This document shows positions 25,822-35,483 of a stretch of 35,515 nucleotides of DNA, piece by piece. Under the pieces are notes generated by a model. The model worked only from the letters and a program-made list of their open reading frames with translations, was not told the origin of the DNA and made no database searches. This stretch comes from a virus (Duplodnaviria; Caudoviricetes), in the IMG/VR virus record IMGVR_UViG_3300027963_000015, positions 1 through 35,515 of that record; one strand, 5' to 3'. Both the position numbers and the translations under genes were made by a program. Each line of letters opens with the position of its first letter. Position 1 is the stretch's first letter.

Positions 25822-26460
25822 TTAGCCCTCGTAAAGAATATTGATTGAACCAGCATCGAATGTATCGGCACTTACTGAAGTTACCCTTACTTGTGTTAGC
25901 GTTCCGCCTAAAGTAATACCGCCAGCGTTTGTATAACAAGAAGAAGCATCCCAAGTGTTGCCCGATGAAACCCACACATTAGAGCCTAAAGTAACAATTT
26001 CTAAAAATCCGTAATAAGTAGAAGAAGCAGTAACAACTCCAGCCCTACCACAAGCCAAACCACTAGTAATAGAACCTGAGCCAGTCCCTGTTTCCGAGCC
26101 TGATATATAACCAGTTGAAACAAAGCCGCTTGAAGTTCCAAGTTGAACTATTAATGCACTTGAACCACCAGTAGATACTCCGCTAAACATTACAGTAATA
26201 CGCTTTACCCAACTAGGAAGGCTTGTAAAATCTATAGTTGTTCCGCTTGTTGAGGCTACAGAAGTTCCGCTAGTAATTACACCACCACCAAATGTTCCTG
26301 TAGCAGTTAAGTTAGAAATAGAACTTGTGCCAGTTGTAGTAATACCGCCCGATGCTACTGTTAGTCTAGTAGTACCATTACTTTGTAGTTCGATTGTTCC
26401 ACTTGTATCAGCAGTTTGTACTAAACCGCTTGATGTGGATGCGTTTAAGGTTACGGACAT
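25822..26460 (-). CDS. Fibre-tip / receptor-binding-like protein, paralog 2
   Basis: TSGTSVASTSGTTIDFTSLPSWVKRITV...DTFDAGSINILYEG. Confidence 0.7.
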   Translation of the reverse strand: MSVTLNASTSSGLVQTADTSGTIELQSNGTTRLTVASGGITTTGTSSISNLTATGTFGGGVITSGTSVASTSGTTIDFTSLPSWVKRITVMFSGVSTGGSSALIVQLGTSSGFVSTGYISGSETGTGSGSITSGLACGRAGVVTASSTYYGFLEIVTLGSNVWVSSGNTWDASSCYTNAGGITLGGTLTQVRVTSVSADTFDAGSINILYEG

Positions 26461-26469
26461 AGTTATTCC

Positions 26470-27117
26470 TTATTCATACAAAATGTTGATTGAGCCAGCG
26501 TCAAATGTATCTGTGCCGTTAACTGTTGTTATGCGAACTCTGTCTAATGCACCGCCTAATGTAACAGCACCACCACTAACAGTAACCCGTAACGCACTAT
26601 TGTATTCAGCAATATTAGATGAACAAACATAAGTGTTTGATGTATTTACAAGAGTTATAACTGAATGCCCGTAATAACCGCTTGCCGCTGTTTGAGTTGC
26701 TGTTAATACAAATCCTGCTGTACTTGAAGTTTGCACAGCACCATTAGTTGAAGCCGTAGCAACATAGCCTGAAGTAGTAACGCTACCTGAACCAATTTGA
26801 AGCAAATAATTTGATGTACTGTTGGTGCTAGTACCATTAAAAATTACAGTTACACGCTTTACCCAGCTAGGAATACCAGTAAAGTCAATAGAAGTACCAC
26901 TTGTAGAAGCTACGGCAGTACCACTAACAATCTTAGCGGTTGGTGTATAAGTAGAACCATCTGTAGAAAATGGTATTTGCCCTGCGGCAGATACAGCAGA
27001 AGAACCGACTACAACAGTTCCAGTTGTAGCTGGCAAGGTTAAGGTCGTAGAGCCAGCAACGGCTGGTTCTTGTAGCGTAACACTTCCGCTAGTTGAGCCT
27101 AATAAGACAATAGACAT
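26470..27117 (-). CDS. Fibre-tip / receptor-binding-like protein, paralog 1
   Basis: SGTAVASTSGTSIDFTGIPSWVKRVTV...DTFDAGSINILYE. Confidence 0.7.
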   Translation of the reverse strand: MSIVLLGSTSGSVTLQEPAVAGSTTLTLPATTGTVVVGSSAVSAAGQIPFSTDGSTYTPTAKIVSGTAVASTSGTSIDFTGIPSWVKRVTVIFNGTSTNSTSNYLLQIGSGSVTTSGYVATASTNGAVQTSSTAGFVLTATQTAASGYYGHSVITLVNTSNTYVCSSNIAEYNSALRVTVSGGAVTLGGALDRVRITTVNGTDTFDAGSINILYE

Positions 27118-27126
27118 ATATTTTCC

Positions 27127-28008
27127 TTATAAAACGACCCAGCGACTACCGCTAGGAACAGTTACCACGACACCACCATTAATTGTAATGGGTGAAACAG
27201 TCGATGCGTTCCTTCCCACAGGAATTTGATACGAAGCCGTTACGACTTGGCTGTTTTCCACAAATACTTGGTCACCGCCATTACCTGTTGCCCCACCGCC
27301 AAGTTGACCCCATACGCCTACTTTATAAGACCCTACAGTTGATGCCGAACCTGCGGGGTTAGTCAACATCGTATAAGTAAACGCTGTTGGTGTGGTTACA
27401 GTAATGCTAAATGTACCATTATAAGCAGCAGGAACAGCACCACTAACTGTCACAAAAGTGCCTGAAGTTAGGTTATGGTTTGCAGCAGTTGTTAGAGTAG
27501 CGGTGGTTGTTACATTTGTAATCGAACTAATAGTTTGACCATTGTAGGTTGTATAACCTTCAAAAGCCTGTAATGTGGTGTTATAGCGTACCGAACCTAA
27601 AGTTGGGGTAGCGGAGCGTTGGGCGGTTGTGCCGTTAGGTAGCTTAATTTGACCTGTGCCGTTTACCGCTAAATTGCCACCAATTGTGGTATCAGAGCTT
27701 AAAATGGTAGCCCCTGTAACTGTTAGGGTAGAAGAACAAACCACCGCACCGCCAAAAGTAGGGGTGTTAAATTGGGCGTAATTAATACCATCGTTGCTAT
27801 TTGTGCCAGTAGCAAGGTTTGTAATCTTGTTACTGTTCATGTTTAATGGCCCTGTCATCGGGGTTTGACCATCTGCGGCAACTGAATCCGTCATAGCAGA
27901 AGCCAAGTCATTCATGGTGTTATTAGCCCATGTTGACGAGATAATAGTTTGGCTAACTACTGGATTGCCTGCTGGGAGTGTATAGACCCCTGACCCGTTT
28001 CTACTCAT
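27127..28008 (-). CDS. Tail fibre (proximal/anchor) protein
   Basis: MSRNGSGVYTLPAGNPV N-terminal anchor-like region, LNMNSNKITNLA repeat, LPNGTTAQR, C-terminus [10 protein letters not shown]. Confidence 0.75.
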   Translation of the reverse strand: MSRNGSGVYTLPAGNPVVSQTIISSTWANNTMNDLASAMTDSVAADGQTPMTGPLNMNSNKITNLATGTNSNDGINYAQFNTPTFGGAVVCSSTLTVTGATILSSDTTIGGNLAVNGTGQIKLPNGTTAQRSATPTLGSVRYNTTLQAFEGYTTYNGQTISSITNVTTTATLTTAANHNLTSGTFVTVSGAVPAAYNGTFSITVTTPTAFTYTMLTNPAGSASTVGSYKVGVWGQLGGGATGNGGDQVFVENSQVVTASYQIPVGRNASTVSPITINGGVVVTVPSGSRWVVL

Positions 28009-29806
28009 TTTTGCTTCCTTTTTTCAATTCTTCAGCCATTTTATTAGGCGAATAATTAATGGATTCTTTAACTTGTTTTTTCATTTGACGCTGTTTTATC
28101 TTCTCAAAACTGTATTCAGTAGCAGGGCCAATAACAGGAATTTTACCTAACAAGCCCGAACCAACTCGGTCTAAAGCACGAACAACAGCACTAGCTGTAT
28201 TACTGTAATTGGCTGCACCTTTTAATGGGGCATTAACTAAAATTGCTGTTTCCATCAAATCACGAATTTCTTGTGCCCCCTTTTTGCCAAACAAGTAATC
28301 TAACTTGCCGTCTTGGTCTAAACCTCTAACAGCCGACTTGAATTTGGCAGGGCTAACTACGGGGTTGCCATACATATCTGTGTCAATAGAGCGTGTAACT
28401 TGGTCTTTTAAAAACTCGATTGTTTGACCTTGTAGCTCTTTAAAGGCTTGCTGACCTTCAGGGCCTGAGCGTTTTAATGCAAAGCCTAAGTTTTTGACAT
28501 CATCTAACGAGCCATTTACGATGGATTTTTGAAACACATCCTCAAATGCCACTACTCGGTCACTTGAATTAGCCTTTGTGCTTATTAAGCGGTCAATAGC
28601 ACCAATGTTTTCAAAGCGTTTAGCGTAATCTTGACGCAATCTACGAGCTTGTTGGTACAACTCGCCACCTTGACCTTCAGTAACTGTATTAATGATGTTA
28701 CGCAAATCACGCCCATATGTTGCATTAGGGGTGTTTGGCTCGTACATCTTGTTAATAAGGGTATAAATATCTTCTAACGCATTAATTGATATTTGACCTG
28801 TGCCTTTAGGGTCGTTTTTGCTTAATTGCTCATTAACAACATCCAATACAGGGGCAATCTTAGCCCTAACTGTAGGTGTTTGTTCTTCAATAAATGTGCG
28901 TAATGAGGTATACGATACAGGTTGCTCTGTTTCGCCTGCTTCTCTTGCTAATTTGTATGTTTCATTAATTTTTGTTTTAGCTTTTTGGGCATCTTTGTTT
29001 AAGGCTTGCACCACAACACGCCCTGTTGGTTCTAAACCAAAGGTTTGTTTGCCTGTAGCATCCACATAAGCATCAAAGTTCTGCAAAATAGCGTCATTGC
29101 GGTCAGATTGGGCTTTAATTAATGGTTTACCTACAGTTTCAGGGTAATTTTTAGCTGTTTCAATCTCAAATTGTTGTTGTGCTAAGTCACGAGTCGCTTG
29201 ACCTTTGCTTAAAGGCACAGGCACACGCAACTGTTGAGCCATTTGGGTACGAGTAATTTCTTCAGGTGTAACCGCAGCACCTACACCAGCCATTGTGGGT
29301 TGTGGTTTTCTACGCAACATTTCAGGCATAGTGCGTACTGTTTCACTAAATTGTGGGGTTGTTGCTTGAGCCATGCGAGCATAGCTAGGAATCATGCCTG
29401 TAGTAGGTATTACTGGTGGCAATTTAGACGCTTCAAACGCACTACCAATGTTTTGCAATACATCTTGGCTTGCACCGCTTCTAGGTTGGTACATATTGCG
29501 TTGTGCCATAGCCATTGGTGCTTCGCCTGTAGCTAATGCCGATACAGCACTTGGAATAGTTAACGCCGCACCTGAAAGCATGGTTGCAGGCACTTCATAC
29601 AATACCATCATTTTTTCTTGCATAGAGCGTTTTGGCTCTATTGCTGGTGGATTTGCCACTTGACCTACAACAGTAGGCACATCACCACTAATAATGTTGC
29701 CCCGCTTATCCGACTTATAAGCATCAAAGCGAGCCAATAAATCTTCTTGCGTTACATTGTTGGGCACATTTCTAACAATCGTACCATCGGGCATCCGCAC
29801 ATCCAT
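28001..29806 (-). CDS. Putative DNA ejection / internal virion protein (601 aa)
   Basis: Large helical ORF, last of the ejection-type cluster. Confidence 0.6.
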   Translation of the reverse strand: MDVRMPDGTIVRNVPNNVTQEDLLARFDAYKSDKRGNIISGDVPTVVGQVANPPAIEPKRSMQEKMMVLYEVPATMLSGAALTIPSAVSALATGEAPMAMAQRNMYQPRSGASQDVLQNIGSAFEASKLPPVIPTTGMIPSYARMAQATTPQFSETVRTMPEMLRRKPQPTMAGVGAAVTPEEITRTQMAQQLRVPVPLSKGQATRDLAQQQFEIETAKNYPETVGKPLIKAQSDRNDAILQNFDAYVDATGKQTFGLEPTGRVVVQALNKDAQKAKTKINETYKLAREAGETEQPVSYTSLRTFIEEQTPTVRAKIAPVLDVVNEQLSKNDPKGTGQISINALEDIYTLINKMYEPNTPNATYGRDLRNIINTVTEGQGGELYQQARRLRQDYAKRFENIGAIDRLISTKANSSDRVVAFEDVFQKSIVNGSLDDVKNLGFALKRSGPEGQQAFKELQGQTIEFLKDQVTRSIDTDMYGNPVVSPAKFKSAVRGLDQDGKLDYLFGKKGAQEIRDLMETAILVNAPLKGAANYSNTASAVVRALDRVGSGLLGKIPVIGPATEYSFEKIKQRQMKKQVKESINYSPNKMAEELKKGSKNE

Positions 29807-29808
29807 GC

Positions 29809-30948
29809 TTATTTCCTTTGTGGCAAAGCGTTAAAATCTACAACACCGCCTGACTGTGCTGGTTGTGGGGAAGAAGTAAGTGCTACATTTCCATACCAAT
29901 TTTCGCTACCATATTTTTGGTTTAGAGAATTAACTTTTCTATCCAAAGTATCTCTTGTGTTTTTAATCCAATCGTTCAATGCTTTTTCATTGCCGTAGCC
30001 GGGGAATGTACTCTTAGCATTTTCAATATCTTTATCGGATGCAGGGCCGGGTGGTAAGTTGTTAAGAATCTGCATAACAGAAGAAGCATTAATTTTAGTT
30101 TGTGCTGCTACCGCAGGGCTTCCTGCTTGCTGTACAAGATAATTAATTGGGCCTGAACCTGTTACGCTACCAAACACCGATGCTGCTTTTTTAACATCTT
30201 CAGGGGTGATTTGTTTTAAACCTTGTCTTACTTGGTCAGCAGTAAAGGCAATTTCTCTGTCTTTTGATACTTCAGATTTGCCAATAAAGATTCCGTTTGG
30301 CGTAATCCAATCGCCTTTCTTGTTATAGCCACCATCTTCACCGCCTGCACCAACTTCAGGCTTAAATGGGGCTTGATAAATAACTTTGCCTTTTTCGTCA
30401 ACTAATGCACCACCGGGGGCAACAACTACAGGCTTTCTAGCTTCAGGATATGCTTGTTGCATTAAAGCAGGCAACATCTCACGACCTGTGCCTAAACGAT
30501 TTTGCATAATTGTTTCAACAGCACCTCTAAAGTCAGGTTGACCTTGCATCGTGGCGGTTGGCATTGGTACATTTGCACCACCCATACCTACGCCTTGACC
30601 ATAAGGCCCTGCCATTTCAGCAACTACATCTTGACCACGCAAAGCTTTAGCCAAACGCTCAGATTCGGCTTTCTTTTCTTCGCTTAATTTTTTGTATTCT
30701 TCAGCTAGTTGTTTGTCAGTTTTTTCTGCTAGGCGTGTTCCCATGTAAGATTGCAATAATGGTGCTGCGTACTGAAAGAAACTAGGTGCAACATAACGCC
30801 CACTTACCATCTGTCCTGATGGCATTGATTGACCTTGTTGCATGAGCAACTGAGCCATTTGCTGTTGGCGATTAAGTTGTTGCTGTTGCTGTAAATATTC
30901 AGGTGGTATATTGCCACCTAAATTTAATGTTTGGATTCCGTCTGCCAT
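29809..30948 (-). CDS. Putative DNA ejection / internal virion protein
   Basis: Gln/Gly-rich N-terminus; start MADGIQ with AAGGA RBS. Confidence 0.6.
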   Translation of the reverse strand: MADGIQTLNLGGNIPPEYLQQQQQLNRQQQMAQLLMQQGQSMPSGQMVSGRYVAPSFFQYAAPLLQSYMGTRLAEKTDKQLAEEYKKLSEEKKAESERLAKALRGQDVVAEMAGPYGQGVGMGGANVPMPTATMQGQPDFRGAVETIMQNRLGTGREMLPALMQQAYPEARKPVVVAPGGALVDEKGKVIYQAPFKPEVGAGGEDGGYNKKGDWITPNGIFIGKSEVSKDREIAFTADQVRQGLKQITPEDVKKAASVFGSVTGSGPINYLVQQAGSPAVAAQTKINASSVMQILNNLPPGPASDKDIENAKSTFPGYGNEKALNDWIKNTRDTLDRKVNSLNQKYGSENWYGNVALTSSPQPAQSGGVVDFNALPQRK

Positions 30949-30950
30949 AA

Positions 30951-31307
30951 TTACATTCCTTGAGCGTCTAAATCCCAATTTGCATTGGTTGGGGTTTGAC
31001 CTTGACCAAAGCCACCATAAACATTACCTGAACCATATTTCATCATGGCTGGTATGGAAGATAAATAAGGGCTTCCTTGATTTTCTTTACGCAGCATTTG
31101 AGCCATCATCATAGGATTCATACCACTTTGCGTTGTTTGACCTGCTTGCTGAGTCAATCCTTGCCCTTGTTGCATAGCCATATTTTGCATAGCTTGTTGA
31201 TTTGCTATGTTTTGATAAACAGGAGCTAAACCACCTAAATCTTGGGTTTGTGGTTTTGGATTACCCATTTGGGTCATAGCAAGGTAATAAGGATTAAATT
31301 CCATCAT
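30951..31307 (-). CDS. Gln/Met/Gly-rich putative internal virion protein
   Basis: Low-complexity ORF within the ejection cluster. Confidence 0.55.
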   Translation of the reverse strand: MMEFNPYYLAMTQMGNPKPQTQDLGGLAPVYQNIANQQAMQNMAMQQGQGLTQQAGQTTQSGMNPMMMAQMLRKENQGSPYLSSIPAMMKYGSGNVYGGFGQGQTPTNANWDLDAQGM

Positions 31308-32353
31308 GGTAATAGTCCGTAATCTACGACTTTATAGCCGTCATCGAGGGTTTTAACTGCATAAGGAAATACTTGCTCTACTTCTTGTGCCATGACACCA
31401 ACATGGATGCCATCGCCTGCTAATGGGTGAGATTTGACCTCATCTTTGTATTCAAAGCTATAAAGGGTTAATCCGTTATCCATTACACCGATTGCTTTAA
31501 TGTTTTCTTTAAGCCTGACATCTGACATTGCAGAACTGCCTAAACTAAATAAACCTTGATTTAGGTTAGCTTGGGCAGCTTGTTTAGCGTTAAAGTCACC
31601 CATCTGAGCGTTGTATTGCATACCTGCCGCACCCAATAAATCAGGGCCTGCTGTTGTAGCTTGTTGGGCAGAATTAACATAAGTTGGGGCAGTAACTTGA
31701 GAACCAGTACGCAATGCACTTAACACATTTAATGGTTCGTTTCTGCGATAAGCCAACTCGCCTAATTGTTGTTGACGGGCTTGTAAACCAACGCCTAAGC
31801 CTTGTGTTTGTGCACCCAACAACAAGTCATTCTGTCTTTGGTCAAAGTTGCGTATTGCTCGGTCATAGGCTTCAGAACCAATTTGAATACCTTGATTAGC
31901 TAATTGCTGTTCTAATTTATCCCGACCTTGTTGCATTTGTGGCTGTAACCTACGCATAATAGCGTCTGAGTAAGTTTCACTAGGGTTAATACCTATGCTT
32001 GGTAATTGACTTACATCAAATGGGTTTTCTAATTGTTGCTGTACATATTCAAGACCTTTTGTGCCAAGTTGACCCACACCATAACTTAATTGGTTTTGAA
32101 TATCTAATAATTTCTGTTGTTCAGGGCTAAACTTTTGGGTAGCTGACCACATTGGGTTGCCGTACTTATCCTCGCCTGACATGGTGTATTCAAGCGAACC
32201 ATAAGGGGTGTATTGATTGACCCGATTGGCGGCTACCGCTAGACGAGCAGCGTCTATATTGCCTTGTGCTGTAGCTTGTGCCGCACCCGCATAGTTAGGT
32301 GCAGCAGGGGCACTTGGGGCAGGCCCTAATCCTAAAAATCCACCACCACCCAT
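31304..32353 (-). CDS. Pilot/ejection-like protein with a C-terminal intramolecular chaperone (peptidase S74-like) domain
   Basis: N-terminal PSAPAAPNY..NQYTPYGS; C-terminal SDVRLKENI...YSFEYK...GVMAQEVEQVFP.AV...GYKVVDY. Confidence 0.75.
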   Translation of the reverse strand: MGGGGFLGLGPAPSAPAAPNYAGAAQATAQGNIDAARLAVAANRVNQYTPYGSLEYTMSGEDKYGNPMWSATQKFSPEQQKLLDIQNQLSYGVGQLGTKGLEYVQQQLENPFDVSQLPSIGINPSETYSDAIMRRLQPQMQQGRDKLEQQLANQGIQIGSEAYDRAIRNFDQRQNDLLLGAQTQGLGVGLQARQQQLGELAYRRNEPLNVLSALRTGSQVTAPTYVNSAQQATTAGPDLLGAAGMQYNAQMGDFNAKQAAQANLNQGLFSLGSSAMSDVRLKENIKAIGVMDNGLTLYSFEYKDEVKSHPLAGDGIHVGVMAQEVEQVFPYAVKTLDDGYKVVDYGLLP

Positions 32354-32354
32354 A

Positions 32355-32789
32355 CTATTCTCCCTTGTTTAAAGAGCATCGGATGTTTAAAAACCGACAC
32401 TCCTCTTTTTTCATAGCCATAATCACCAAATCACCACTCATGTGGGCATCAGGTATTTCAGCTACAACCTTAAAGCCCAAATGTCGGTTTAACTTTAGGG
32501 CATCTGTGTTATCAGCACAGATTTGCCCTAGTATAACGCTAAGTCCAAGTTTATTAAAGGGGTAATCAAATACCGCCCATATAAAATCTTTACTTGCCCA
32601 ATGCTCACCAACGCTACCAATATGAATCTCACAAGCCTTTGGCATAAAGTTGGTATATCCAGCCACCGCTACTAAATTGCCGTCTTTTAACTGTCCAATA
32701 CATTGGGTGGTTTCGGGTAGGGGAAAATTCAGTATGCGAACCAACCATTCCCCCAAATAGCGTTGGTTTTCAGTCGTAACTTGTCGCAT
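32355..32789 (-). CDS. GNAT-family acetyltransferase-like protein
   Basis: VFDYPFNKLG...ADNTDALKLNRHLGF RimJ-like motif; sits after the nozzle gene. Confidence 0.75.
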   Translation of the reverse strand: MRQVTTENQRYLGEWLVRILNFPLPETTQCIGQLKDGNLVAVAGYTNFMPKACEIHIGSVGEHWASKDFIWAVFDYPFNKLGLSVILGQICADNTDALKLNRHLGFKVVAEIPDAHMSGDLVIMAMKKEECRFLNIRCSLNKGE

Positions 32790-34556
32790 TTACAGAATAG
32801 CTCCCCTTTCCATTACATAGTCTGTACTAGCCCACCGAACATCAATATCTTGCGATGCAATATTTAGGATAATCCCTGCTGCATAGCCTATACCTGTCAC
32901 GCCTTGCCAATTTTTAGAAATGGTATTTCCACCACCCCAATCGTTTTCATCCCATAACCCTACATCCCAAATACCCACAGAAATTAAGGCAGGGTTAAAA
33001 CTAACCTGTCCAACATTGTTTTGGGTGTCAAAATCGGTGTTTATACCGCATAAAACAGTAGGTAAGCCATTATCGGTAAAAAGGATAGGGCGTACCATAG
33101 TAAAGCGTTTTAACTGCCCCCTAGCGTCAAAATAGCTGTACGCTTGCTGGCAGGTAGCCTTGATATTAGCGTCATTGTCCGATAAGCCATCATAGAACTT
33201 ACCAACAAAGCCGTTACCGCCAAAGTACATATCTTCGTCATAGACTTCAAAGCAAGTGGCGTTTATGCCTGAAAAACTAGCCCATGCCTTAGTAATGTTG
33301 TGCATTACATACTGTTGTTGACCGCCAATTACAGGAATATTGAATATCAGCATATTCTGTTTGGCGTAATAGTGGATTTGCCACCCAAATTCTGCGTTGT
33401 AAAGGTCTGCGGCTTCACTTACAGCGTAGTAAATCTTGTCTGTAATGTTAATTCGGGGGTCTAAACGGGATGATTGTAGGGCAGAAGCCAATGGGATTAT
33501 GCCATCTTGGGTAATTAGCAATAAATCGCCTGCAAACTTAAAGAAACAGCGTCTAGCAAAGACTTGACCGAGTTGCCACACCCCAATTAATGACCAATCT
33601 GTAGGGTCGGATGGGTCAGAACCCTTAAAAACAATAGCTTCCCCGTTATTAGTAATAAAAACAGCGTAATCATCTACCCCGTAACCTGCGTCTAATGTCC
33701 AAGTACCCATTGCCATGATGTAACCACCATTTCGGGCAATAGCACCTAATGGATATGAGGTTGCAGCACCGCTAATAGCGTTTACGCCTAAATACCAAAA
33801 GTTTAAAGTGTCTTTTTCTACAAAATAAAGGCGGTCTTTATGCAAATTAACATGAATTAGGTTACTAGAATTAACGCCAGTAATGAATTTAGCGACTGTG
33901 TAAGACCCTAATGGGCTTGCAGGGCTAGTAGCTGGGGCTGAAAGTGCTGTATAGGTAAAAGTCGTGCCGTTAGTAACAGTAATTCTAAAAGTTCCGTTAT
34001 ATTGGGATGGGCTTGCACCCGTAACAGTTACTTGATTACCTGTTACTAAACCATGTGCCACACTTGTTACTAAAGTACAAGTAGTTCCTGAACTGGTTAA
34101 GTTACTTATTGTTTGTGCGGTGCTAATGTTGGCGTATTTAATCCAATTAGTGCCATCATAAATAAGGGCGGCATCCGTTCCATTAACAGCCGTTAAGAAG
34201 TTACCGCCTGTGGTTGACACATTGACATACTGTAATCTATCGCTACCTTGCCCTGTAACAACAGAAGTTGCTATACCAGTAGTAGAAACATCATAAATTG
34301 TGCTACCAGCGGCAGCGAATAGCTTACTTGTAGAACCACCTGAATACTGCATTAAGGTATCGACTTGACCTGTAATGCCTGTAGCGTATTGGGTATAGCC
34401 TTTTCTTAATTGTATCTCCGATGGAGTGGGGAAAAAATTATTAAGAACCACCGCATCTAGCGGATTCATTTCAGCGACAGAATCCCTAGCGTTCCAACCG
34501 CCAATAGGGGCTGGCACAGAAGCGGTAACTGCCCTTCGTTGTTGAGCAACTGCCAT
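32790..34556 (-). CDS. Tail nozzle / DNA stabilisation protein (P22 gp10-like)
   Basis: 588 aa beta-rich (propeller-like), PAPIGGWNARD N-terminus; follows the adaptor. Confidence 0.7.
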   Translation of the reverse strand: MAVAQQRRAVTASVPAPIGGWNARDSVAEMNPLDAVVLNNFFPTPSEIQLRKGYTQYATGITGQVDTLMQYSGGSTSKLFAAAGSTIYDVSTTGIATSVVTGQGSDRLQYVNVSTTGGNFLTAVNGTDAALIYDGTNWIKYANISTAQTISNLTSSGTTCTLVTSVAHGLVTGNQVTVTGASPSQYNGTFRITVTNGTTFTYTALSAPATSPASPLGSYTVAKFITGVNSSNLIHVNLHKDRLYFVEKDTLNFWYLGVNAISGAATSYPLGAIARNGGYIMAMGTWTLDAGYGVDDYAVFITNNGEAIVFKGSDPSDPTDWSLIGVWQLGQVFARRCFFKFAGDLLLITQDGIIPLASALQSSRLDPRINITDKIYYAVSEAADLYNAEFGWQIHYYAKQNMLIFNIPVIGGQQQYVMHNITKAWASFSGINATCFEVYDEDMYFGGNGFVGKFYDGLSDNDANIKATCQQAYSYFDARGQLKRFTMVRPILFTDNGLPTVLCGINTDFDTQNNVGQVSFNPALISVGIWDVGLWDENDWGGGNTISKNWQGVTGIGYAAGIILNIASQDIDVRWASTDYVMERGAIL

Positions 34557-34559
34557 AGA

Positions 34560-35483
34560 TTAAGTTCCGTAGCCAGTATCGGGGATGTTAGCGTAACCAA
34601 TTAAGACTTTGCTTGGGTATGGTGCAAACGATAGGGTAGCAGAGCCTTTGTCGTTGGCTTTAGCAACATTTAAATAACGGAAATAATCAGCTTGTAGGGC
34701 AGTAGTATCAAAGCCTTTGATTTGGAAATACTTAAGTTTTGTACCTAAAACCAAGACTGTATCGTCAAATATGGTCGTATCGGTATCTACAGTAAAGCTG
34801 TTTTTAACTGCATCAGCAGCACTTCTAGCCCAACCTTTTGAGCGGTATTCAAAGCCTAAATACTCTTGTGTGTTATATGGTGGCCAAATTTGGAACTTAT
34901 CGCCTAGAATACGCCATCTAATGCGTGGGCCTGTTGAGATATAACCCGACTTTAGCCATTGCCATTGTTGGGCATTTTCAGGGCCAAGCATCTGCCAATG
35001 TTTTGTCTTATCCCAATGCGTATTGTCCGTAATGGCTTCAAAGTCATTCGGTAGGGGGTATTTGGTCTGTGAAAAGGTAAAGGTAACGCCTGTGTATGTG
35101 CCACTAGCCAACTGGCTCATAACAATCGTAGATAGGTTTAAGCCTGAGTTGTAAGTTACGCTTGACACATAGGTATCTTGGTTAATGCCTGTGCCTGTAA
35201 TCGTAAAGTTACTCGTTAAGGCTGTAGCATCACCAGTAACAATAATGTTATAGCTTTGGTCGCTAACTGTATCGCCTACAAAAGTCTGTGCATCGGTGTA
35301 AAAACGATACTCCAACTGTAGAGCTTGCCAATCATATTCTTTTACCAAGTCATAGCCTTGACGATTCATTAGGGCTAGAACCTGTTGGACATCCTGATTA
35401 GTATTACCCGCCACATAGGTAGGAATAGCAAGGTTTAGCTCGCTAGTGGTCTGCTGAACAAGTTGGAGCATCGTTGATGACAT
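34560..35483 (-). CDS. Head-tail adaptor / tail tubular protein A-like
   Basis: TMLQLVQ..ELNL, YPLPNDF, FQIWP motifs; precedes the nozzle gene. Confidence 0.7.
   Translation of the reverse strand: MSSTMLQLVQQTTSELNLAIPTYVAGNTNQDVQQVLALMNRQGYDLVKEYDWQALQLEYRFYTDAQTFVGDTVSDQSYNIIVTGDATALTSNFTITGTGINQDTYVSSVTYNSGLNLSTIVMSQLASGTYTGVTFTFSQTKYPLPNDFEAITDNTHWDKTKHWQMLGPENAQQWQWLKSGYISTGPRIRWRILGDKFQIWPPYNTQEYLGFEYRSKGWARSAADAVKNSFTVDTDTTIFDDTVLVLGTKLKYFQIKGFDTTALQADYFRYLNVAKANDKGSATLSFAPYPSKVLIGYANIPDTGYGT

Noticed and set aside
25079-27117. Diversity-generating retroelement or shufflon
   Set aside because: No reverse transcriptase or invertase, the copies are full co-oriented genes, and the differences are not adenine-specific
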